From a virus: a DNA stretch of 40,674 bases. The notes beneath the pieces were generated by a model. That model was not told the origin of the DNA. It saw only the letters and a list, made by a program, of their open reading frames with translations, and made no database searches. The stretch is from IMG/VR virus record IMGVR_UViG_3300043932_000061, one strand, 5' to 3'. Shown here piece after piece: positions 34,642 to 40,674 of this stretch; position 1 is the stretch's first letter; each line of letters begins with the position of its first letter. The translations under genes were made by a program, and so were the position numbers.

Positions 34642-35433
34642 ATGGAAATTTATGGAAGAGAAGAAGATAGAGCTAAGTGGGCAATGCATTACGCACAAGT
34701 GAAGGCTAATATTAGCCAGCCTAAAAGAACACATAATGTTACTGTTTCAGGCAAAAACAAACAAGGAAAACCTTATAGCTATGACTATAAGTATGCCGAT
34801 CTAGCAGACATTGATAAAGCAGTAATGGATGGTATTAAAAAAGCTACAGATAAAGAAGGTAATGTAACTTTTAGTTATTTCTTCGATATTCAAACAACTA
34901 ACACTGCAGTAGCCGTCCAAACACTTTTAGTTGATGCCTCAGGCTTTACTGTCAAAACAAATAAAATCGTTTTTCAAAACGGTAAAGCATATGATGCACA
35001 AGCAACCGCCAGTCTTATCAGTTATGCAAAAAGATATTCACTTAGTGGAGCCTTTGGGATTGCTGCAGACGATGATAATGACGTACAAGATCAAAAGACT
35101 ATCTATGAACCTAAAATCTTAACCAAGCAGGAACTTGAAAATTATCAGGTGTATTACAATGGCGTTCAAGCTAACTTGTATGACTTATATCAAGAAGCAA
35201 GAGATGGTATCAAAGACGCGCAGGATTGGTTTAAAGAGTCACATACACCAGAAGATGCACAAGCTATCCATCAAGTAGCACAAATCTTTAAAAAGAAGCA
35301 TAAGAAAACTGATACTTCAAAGACAAAAGAAAAACAAGCTGTTCTTGATAAGATTCAACAAGCCAAGAAAGATCCATTTGAAGACAAGAAGGTGGTATCT
35401 GACGCTGACTCTACAGTAGATAGATTATTTTAG
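34642..35433 (+). CDS. erf: ERF-family single-strand annealing protein
   Basis: YKYADLADIDKAV...SYAKRYSLSGAFGIA pattern. Confidence 0.75.
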   Translation: MEIYGREEDRAKWAMHYAQVKANISQPKRTHNVTVSGKNKQGKPYSYDYKYADLADIDKAVMDGIKKATDKEGNVTFSYFFDIQTTNTAVAVQTLLVDASGFTVKTNKIVFQNGKAYDAQATASLISYAKRYSLSGAFGIAADDDNDVQDQKTIYEPKILTKQELENYQVYYNGVQANLYDLYQEARDGIKDAQDWFKESHTPEDAQAIHQVAQIFKKKHKKTDTSKTKEKQAVLDKIQQAKKDPFEDKKVVSDADSTVDRLF

Positions 35434-35445
35434 GTGGTGAATTAA

Positions 35446-36333
35446 TTGGCACAACGTAGAATGTTCTCACAACGTATTGTTGAAAGTGCAAGATTTCTTA
35501 AAATGCCTCCTTCAACTCAATGTCTTTATTTTCATTTAGGGATACATGCTGATGATGATGGAGTTGTTGAAGGTTATAACGTAATGAAACAAACAGGCTC
35601 TACTGAAGATGATTTAAAAATTCTGGCAGCTAAAGGGCTTATAACAGTTTTAAATGCTGATCTTGTTACTTTTATAAATGATTGGAAAGAAAACAATCAC
35701 ATTCGTTCCGATAGAAAAGTTGATTCGATATATCGAGACTTACTTGTCAGGATGTTGCCAGACATTGAAATTCAGCAAGCCAAAGCAAGAGCAGATACTG
35801 GAAAAAAGACTGGCATCAAAAAAATTGAAAATGATGGACGTCCAGTGGACAACCAATGGACGTCAAATGGACCGCATAGGTTAGGTAAGGATAGGTTAGG
35901 TAAGGATAGTATAAATAATATAGTCGATTCTTCCGAATCTCCGACACAAATTTATGAGTCAGAATTTGAGCAATTATGGTCAATGTATCCTAAGAAACAA
36001 GGTAAAAAGGCCGCTCTTAGACACTATAAGACGTGGAGAAAGCGTAGCAAAGATAATACATTTGAAGTGATGAAAGAAAAACTAGAGCACTATCTTAAGT
36101 TTCTTAAAATTAAACAAACACCGCTAGAATACACACTTAATGGCTCAACTTGGTTTAACGGCAGGTATGACGATGAACTTGATATGACACCTGCTAAACC
36201 ACGATTTAATCAACAAGCTAAGCCAGTTCGAAGGGCTACAAACTGGGATAAGGTTCAGCAACAACAATCGCAAACAACACTACAAATGACGCGAGAAGAA
36301 CGTAACGCAATTTTCAGAGAGTACGGGAGGTAA
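35446..36333 (+). CDS. Replisome organizer / DnaD-like replication initiation protein
   Basis: N-terminal RRMFSQRIVESARFLKMPPSTQCLYFHL motif; internal iterons; TTG start after GGTGGTG. Confidence 0.7.
   Translation: MAQRRMFSQRIVESARFLKMPPSTQCLYFHLGIHADDDGVVEGYNVMKQTGSTEDDLKILAAKGLITVLNADLVTFINDWKENNHIRSDRKVDSIYRDLLVRMLPDIEIQQAKARADTGKKTGIKKIENDGRPVDNQWTSNGPHRLGKDRLGKDSINNIVDSSESPTQIYESEFEQLWSMYPKKQGKKAALRHYKTWRKRSKDNTFEVMKEKLEHYLKFLKIKQTPLEYTLNGSTWFNGRYDDELDMTPAKPRFNQQAKPVRRATNWDKVQQQQSQTTLQMTREERNAIFREYGR
35834..35909. repeat. Putative origin iterons inside the replisome organizer gene
   Basis: Four RTGGAC motifs at 35834, 35845, 35856 and 35867 (11-bp phasing), then ATAGGTTAGGTAAGG x2.3 (35876-35909). 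Confidence 0.7.
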
Positions 36334-36338
36334 CCACC

Positions 36339-36644
36339 ATGCAAAATAGGCTAAAGAAATTGAGATTGGAAAAGAGATTAACTCTTGCCGATATACAAGC
36401 TAAAACCAACATTGATTTTAGAATTTTAGAAAATTTCGAAAAAGGATTGGAAAATGGAATACATAACTCTTTAGCAATTTGGCAAAAGTTGGCTAACTTT
36501 TTAGAAGTTCCAATTGAGTACCTAATGGGATTAAACGACGATAGAAAGACATTAACTGTTAACGACTTGAACCCAGCCAAAGAAGATGCTTACGAGCGTA
36601 TTACGGATATGCTATGCGAAGATGAGGACGATGAAGATGAATAA
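36339..36644 (+). CDS. XRE-family HTH protein with an acidic tail
   Basis: RLEKRLTLADIQAKTNI HTH. Confidence 0.6.
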   Translation: MQNRLKKLRLEKRLTLADIQAKTNIDFRILENFEKGLENGIHNSLAIWQKLANFLEVPIEYLMGLNDDRKTLTVNDLNPAKEDAYERITDMLCEDEDDEDE

Positions 36645-37392
36645 CGAATTAATCAAAGTAACGGTCAAGAATGACCAACAGCTAGTTAGTGCAAGAGAGC
36701 TATATAAAGGACTAGGTATCAAGCGAAGATTTTCCGCTTGGTGGGAACAGAACAGCAATGGTTTTGAAGAAAATTCAGATTTTACCAGTGTACTTATAAG
36801 TACGGAGGTTCAAAACAACGGTGGTGTGCAAGCTAGAGAGCTTCAAGATTACGCACTCACAATTGATATGGCTAAGCAGCTGTGTCTTTTAAGCAGAACC
36901 AAAAAGGGTAAAGAATACCGTGAGTATCTAATCGAAATCGAAAAGAAGTGGAATGATCCACAGAATGTTGTTCAACGTGCTATGGATATTCTGCACAGTG
37001 AAAACTTGCAACTTAAGTTAGAAAACAAGAGTTTGAACCGCCAACTTGAAGAGAGCAACAAGAAGGCTAGTTACTTAGATGTCATTCTTGGTACTACCGA
37101 TGCGATGGTTACTACTCAAATTGCTATGGATTATGGTTACAGTGCGATTAAGTTCAACAAATTGCTACACCAGCTAGGAATCCAGCATAAAGTCAACGGC
37201 CAATGGATCTTATATAAGGCATACATGGGCAAGAAATACACAACAACGAAACTTCGCACATACACCGACAAGCACGGTAAGGATCATGCTAAGCCACTTA
37301 CTGCTTGGACTCAAAAGGGTAGGCGCTTAATTTATGACATTTTGAAAGAAAACGATGTCCTACCGTTGATTGAAAGAGAGGACATTGCTTAA
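36637..37392 (+). CDS. Second antirepressor (AntA/ORF6N-like N-terminus + KilAC-like C-terminus)
   Basis: QLVSARELYKGLGIKRRFSAWW and SYLDVILGTTDAMVTTQIAMDYGYSAIKFNKLL. ATG at 36637 overlaps the upstream stop. Confidence 0.7.
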   Translation: MNNELIKVTVKNDQQLVSARELYKGLGIKRRFSAWWEQNSNGFEENSDFTSVLISTEVQNNGGVQARELQDYALTIDMAKQLCLLSRTKKGKEYREYLIEIEKKWNDPQNVVQRAMDILHSENLQLKLENKSLNRQLEESNKKASYLDVILGTTDAMVTTQIAMDYGYSAIKFNKLLHQLGIQHKVNGQWILYKAYMGKKYTTTKLRTYTDKHGKDHAKPLTAWTQKGRRLIYDILKENDVLPLIEREDIA

Positions 37393-37601
37393 TGCTTGAA
37401 GAAAATCACGATTTAAAAAAGATTATCGAAGACGCTAAAAAGTACCGCTGGTACTCAGTTCCTGATATGTACATGGTTGAAATATTAGACACTACAGGAC
37501 GATCAGCTGGATTTGTTCAGTCAATTTTCATAGACAAGAAAGAAGCCAATGAGGTTGCTAAGGTGCTTCATGGCGTGGTTAGAGAAGTAGTTGGAGGTTA
37601 A
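37392..37601 (+). CDS. Hypothetical protein
   Basis: ORF coupled to the upstream stop. Confidence 0.4.
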   Translation: MLEENHDLKKIIEDAKKYRWYSVPDMYMVEILDTTGRSAGFVQSIFIDKKEANEVAKVLHGVVREVVGG

Positions 37602-37605
37602 GCAA

Positions 37606-37905
37606 ATGGAAGTTATAGATAAGCGTAAAGAAAATAAAGATGAAGAGTGGAAAGTCGGAGATGTAGTTTGTTATTACAACGATAAAAAAGAAAGCGCTAA
37701 TTATGGATTAATTGTAGGACCAACAGGCGAGAATGAATATTACATTGCTTTTCTTGATGATGATGCAATACGTGGATTATCAATAGATGGAGGTTTTCCT
37801 GAACCAAATGTTAGCGGAACAAGTAGTGTTAATGAATTAATTTCAATATTGAAATCTAATTGGAAATACGTTGAAAAAGTAAACGCAAAACTGGTGATTG
37901 AATGA
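37606..37905 (+). CDS. Hypothetical protein
   Basis: SD GGAGG before the ATG at 37606. Confidence 0.4.
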   Translation: MEVIDKRKENKDEEWKVGDVVCYYNDKKESANYGLIVGPTGENEYYIAFLDDDAIRGLSIDGGFPEPNVSGTSSVNELISILKSNWKYVEKVNAKLVIE

Positions 37906-38060
37906 TTAAAACAAAGATTATTACTAGACCAAAATACGAAAATTATGAGTTTGAATTTGATATAGAACGTTTTTCTAATCAATTAAATAGAAAAATTATA
38001 GATATTCAATACACATCAAATAATTCAAACTACGAAGCAATTATTACTTACGAAGTTTAA
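37902..38060 (+). CDS. Small hypothetical protein (52 aa)
   Basis: ATGA overlap with the upstream stop; below the track cutoff. Confidence 0.3.
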   Translation: MIKTKIITRPKYENYEFEFDIERFSNQLNRKIIDIQYTSNNSNYEAIITYEV

Positions 38061-38152
38061 TTGAGGATAAGTAGCATGTCAGATTGGATTTTTGCAGCAG
38101 CATTTTTAATTCTGCTAGGGATATTGATTTTGTATATGGGGAGTTTATAAAC

Positions 38153-38455
38153 ATGATTTTTGAAATATGGTCTGTAAATGACATATTTGAAGATGGTTCT
38201 ATGTCTCAAAAATATTTAAATGCACTTGCTAAAGCCGGTTTTAAGTTGGTGAAAGCAAAGGACGAATTAAGTGATCGGATATATAAGATTTACATTAAAA
38301 ATCTTTCAGATTTACGCCTTTTACACAAGATAGTAAATCATGATTTAATCATTTCGTTTCCTGAATCGAAGCCAACGACCAAAGATACTATGAGCGTGAT
38401 GTGTGATAGTGATGATGACCCAAAAATTGTAATTTATGACGATTGGATTGAATAA
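38153..38455 (+). CDS. Hypothetical protein
   Basis: Track ORF 38084..38455; the likely start is the internal ATG at 38153. Confidence 0.4.
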   Translation: MIFEIWSVNDIFEDGSMSQKYLNALAKAGFKLVKAKDELSDRIYKIYIKNLSDLRLLHKIVNHDLIISFPESKPTTKDTMSVMCDSDDDPKIVIYDDWIE

Positions 38456-38460
38456 GTTTT

Positions 38461-38922
38461 ATGAGAGTTAACTTTACGATTGAAGGACCGCCAATTGGTA
38501 AGGCGAGACCGAGAGTTACTAGAACGGTAACTTACACGCCAGCTAAGACGGCACGATATGAAGATTTAGTTAGGTATACAGCGATTAATAGCTTCAAAGG
38601 CATATTTGATAAAGATGAGCCGTTAGACGTTAAGATCATGGCATATTTTGAAGTCCCGAAGAGTTTAAGCAAGAAACGTAAGGCTTTATGTTTATCTAAC
38701 CAAGAACTGCCAACTAAGAAACCTGATGCTGATAACGTGGGCAAGATCATCATGGACGGCATGAATCCGAAAATGAAGAGGGATAAACGACTTCACAAAA
38801 TGGTTGAGGTTATGAGAGGTGTTTACCACGATGACAAACAAGTAACAACTTTGCTAGTCAAAAAAAGATATGCCGAACGTCCTAGAGTTGAAGTGAGAAT
38901 TAAGAGAGATATGGGAGCTTAA
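38461..38922 (+). CDS. rusA: RusA-family Holliday junction resolvase
   Basis: GPPIGKARPR...KPDADNVGKIIMDG motifs. Confidence 0.85.
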   Translation: MRVNFTIEGPPIGKARPRVTRTVTYTPAKTARYEDLVRYTAINSFKGIFDKDEPLDVKIMAYFEVPKSLSKKRKALCLSNQELPTKKPDADNVGKIIMDGMNPKMKRDKRLHKMVEVMRGVYHDDKQVTTLLVKKRYAERPRVEVRIKRDMGA

Positions 38923-39157
38923 ATGCACGATTTTATTTTGATTAAGGATTTAATAAAACATGAAGTATAGTGCAGAAGTAATCGCTGCAGCAGTAATGCT
39001 AATTTGCCTAGGAGCAGTTGGATTTGTGGTGTTTGTACTATGAGTGATCTTAAGTATCAAAAAGGCGAATGGTATCACGTACAGGAAGACGGAACACTTA
39101 AGCCTGTAGACTATGACAAAGAAGTAAAAGAATATTACAAGAAGTGGATTGATAACT

Positions 39158-39370
39158 ATGAAATTGTACGGATATGAAGTCAACACTTGCAATTATAAGA
39201 AGTTTTCAACAGGACAACTTGATGAGTTTAGATCAATGTTGAAATCGAATATTAGAAATTTTAATGAACTTGTTGAACCAACAATTGAAGCAATGATTGA
39301 TGAAGACAAGGCAGAAGAGTTACTAGCTTATATAGAAAGTGAAATCAAAGTAAGAGACAGAAATAATTGA
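39158..39370 (+). CDS. Hypothetical protein
   Basis: Track ORF with an internal ATG at 39158. Confidence 0.4.
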   Translation: MKLYGYEVNTCNYKKFSTGQLDEFRSMLKSNIRNFNELVEPTIEAMIDEDKAEELLAYIESEIKVRDRNN

Positions 39371-39392
39371 TAAGTGAGAGGAAGGATCAGTA

Positions 39393-39584
39393 ATGAATAA
39401 TGATTATAGGCGCTATCACTTAGCGCATGATGAAGCGTATAAGAGCTTAAATTTGATCCATAAGTATGATACTGCATCCCTTACGGTTAAATACTTATGG
39501 GAGCTAAAACAAATAGCATATCGTGAAGGATATTTACACGGTATGGATGTAAGACAGTACAGAGATTACGGCTTAGAAGGCTAG
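39393..39584 (+). CDS. Hypothetical protein
   Basis: SD GAGGAAGG upstream. Confidence 0.4.
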   Translation: MNNDYRRYHLAHDEAYKSLNLIHKYDTASLTVKYLWELKQIAYREGYLHGMDVRQYRDYGLEG

Positions 39585-39599
39585 TTTGGAGTTGGAAAC

Positions 39600-40142
39600 G
39601 TGGAACACAAAAACATTGATTTAGGGCTAAGTATGAACATGGAAAAGACTGCAAGACGGGTTACAGGCTTTCTTAAGTACGCGTTTCCAGAGTATGTAAA
39701 AGGTGCTGCTCTTAGCTTAGACGATCTAGCTGGCCAACCTTTTACAGGGATGCCAGCATCTCACAGTGCTACTAACTCGCAAGAGAAAAAGCTAGACCGA
39801 GCTTGGAAGAAAGTTGAAAAGAACGAGCTTAAAGCAGCAACCGTTTATCAAACTATATTGCTATGCCAAAAGAGTCCTACATATCCGTATCAGCAAATAC
39901 TTCTCAACAAATTCGTAAAAAAGCTTCCTGATTGGAAGATACAGCCGATAGTAGGGTATTCTAACAGCCAGTATTATTTAAAGCGCAGAGACGCCTTATG
40001 TGAGTTTGCTGAATTGCTTAATTCCAAGAAGGTAAAAAATGGGTGTTTCGATATACCTGATTTAGTCATTGAGATTGAACCAGAACCGGAAAAAAGTAAA
40101 TCGGACGATCACCGGACAGTTTCCGGACACTTATCGGATTGA
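39600..40142 (+). CDS. arpU: ArpU-family late transcription regulator
   Basis: Last gene of the early module. The EKTARRVTGFLKYAFPEY... and ...YQQILLNKFV layout fits recalled ArpU-family phage regulators. Confidence 0.65.
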   Translation: MEHKNIDLGLSMNMEKTARRVTGFLKYAFPEYVKGAALSLDDLAGQPFTGMPASHSATNSQEKKLDRAWKKVEKNELKAATVYQTILLCQKSPTYPYQQILLNKFVKKLPDWKIQPIVGYSNSQYYLKRRDALCEFAELLNSKKVKNGCFDIPDLVIEIEPEPEKSKSDDHRTVSGHLSD

Positions 40143-40155
40143 AACCATGGTAAAT

Positions 40156-40193
40156 TGTTATTGTCGAAAAAATAAAAAGTTTCGACAATAACA
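40156..40193 (+). terminator. 14-bp perfect hairpin after arpU (terminator-like, no clear U-tract)
   Basis: TGTTATTGTCGAAA / TTTCGACAATAACA with a 10-nt A-rich loop. Confidence 0.45.
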
Positions 40194-40547
40194 CCCTTTC
40201 AAACAAGGAAGATCCTAGAATCCTCCAAGAATTTTTAGTAATTACAATTTTAGATCTTTATTCAAGATCTCCTAGTACATCAACCATTATTTGTTTATCT
40301 CTGTCAAATAGTCTCATGATTGATGTGCAGCAGCATTTAGGTTCGATTCCTACTTGTTGCTTACCTAGGCCACGCTACGACCTAGGATTAAATATGCGAT
40401 GACCCCACGCTCGGGCGAGCGTGTTGTAGTTAAGAGTTGGCTAGTCGTTCAGCGGACTGCGCGATAGCCGTGGGCAGTACGACACAATTGGAATTTTAGA
40501 AAGAAAGCAGGAATTTTCTTTCACAATATGAAGTGGGTTCGATTCCC
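40194..40547 (+). ncRNA. 5' part of the ORF-free structured RNA locus (continues at 1..751)
   Basis: No ORF >=60 aa on either strand. Consecutive helices: 40252-40270, 40330-40360, 40364-40386, 40406-40423, 40439-40469, 40471-40557. Confidence 0.55.
40330..40360 (+). ncRNA. Acceptor/T-arm minihelix (tRNA top-half-like)
   Basis: GCAGCA (40330-35) pairs with TGTTGC (40355-60, one G.U). TAGG/CCTA stem closes T loop TTCGATT (40342-48). Confidence 0.4.
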
Positions 40548-40557
40548 CGCCTGCCCA
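40471..40557 (+). ncRNA. tRNA-shaped element with no canonical D or anticodon arm
   Basis: 7-bp acceptor TGGGCAG/CTGCCCA. T stem GTGGG/CCCGC with 8-nt loop TTCGATTC. Central 8-bp helix GAAAGAAA/TTTCTTTC (40499-40522) with 8-nt loop GCAGGAAT. Confidence 0.45.
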
Positions 40558-40674
40558 TTGCCTGTCGGAAAGCAGGCGTAAAAATAATATTATTCAGATC
40601 ACGAATATATTTTGTTTGTCTGATTTTAATTTACAGAATTGCATCTGGTTTAGCTCTGTACCTAACAGAGCATT
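40548..40674. repeat. Second copy of the 127-nt terminal overlap
   Basis: Identical to 1..127. Confidence 0.95.

Noticed and set aside
40330-40360. The tRNA 3'-half-like minihelix as the attP core of a phage that integrates into a tRNA gene
   Set aside because: It lies about 11 kb from int, whereas the lysin-int gap is the expected attP location. This remains testable by comparison with host tRNA genes.
1-40674. CRISPR arrays, transposases/IS elements, rRNA
   Set aside because: I found no regularly spaced repeat-spacer structure, no transposase-like ORF and no rRNA-like sequence. The only mobile element recognised is the group I intron with its homing endonuclease.

Overview
The window is one complete, circularly closed temperate siphovirus genome. 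Bases 1..127 are identical to 40548..40674, so the unique unit is 40547 bp. It is AT-rich and uses AGGAGG-type Shine-Dalgarno sites, and its modules look like Lactobacillaceae phage; that host assignment is an inference from recalled families, not a search result.

Gene order on the + strand:
- hicAB toxin-antitoxin pair, an ASCH protein, a PAPS-reductase-like protein, small basic proteins and a ParB-like protein
- terS, terL and an SPP1-like portal
- a Mu F/gp7-like minor head gene split by a group I intron that carries a GIY-YIG homing endonuclease
- scaffold, major capsid, connector and tail-completion genes, major tail protein and chaperones
- a 1781-aa tape measure with NlpC/P60 and lytic transglycosylase domains
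- Dit, Tal, and a BppU-N/CotH-like receptor-binding protein
- membrane proteins, holin and a GH25 endolysin

The lysogeny module is on the - strand: tyrosine integrase, two accessory genes and an S24 CI repressor. The early + strand module follows: Cro, two KilAC antirepressors, an Xis-like HTH, DUF1351, ERF, a replisome organizer with internal iterons, RusA and ArpU.

The most unusual part spans the window ends (40143..40547 joined to 1..761). It is about 1.17 kb with no ORF of 60 aa or more. It is filled with same-strand hairpins and at least seven tRNA-like modules with T arms. Only two of these are near-canonical cloverleafs, and both have GAA-type but aberrant anticodon loops. I read it as a candidate large structured or tRNA-derived ncRNA locus, in the genomic context known for GOLLD/ROOL-class RNAs. 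This has not been verified.
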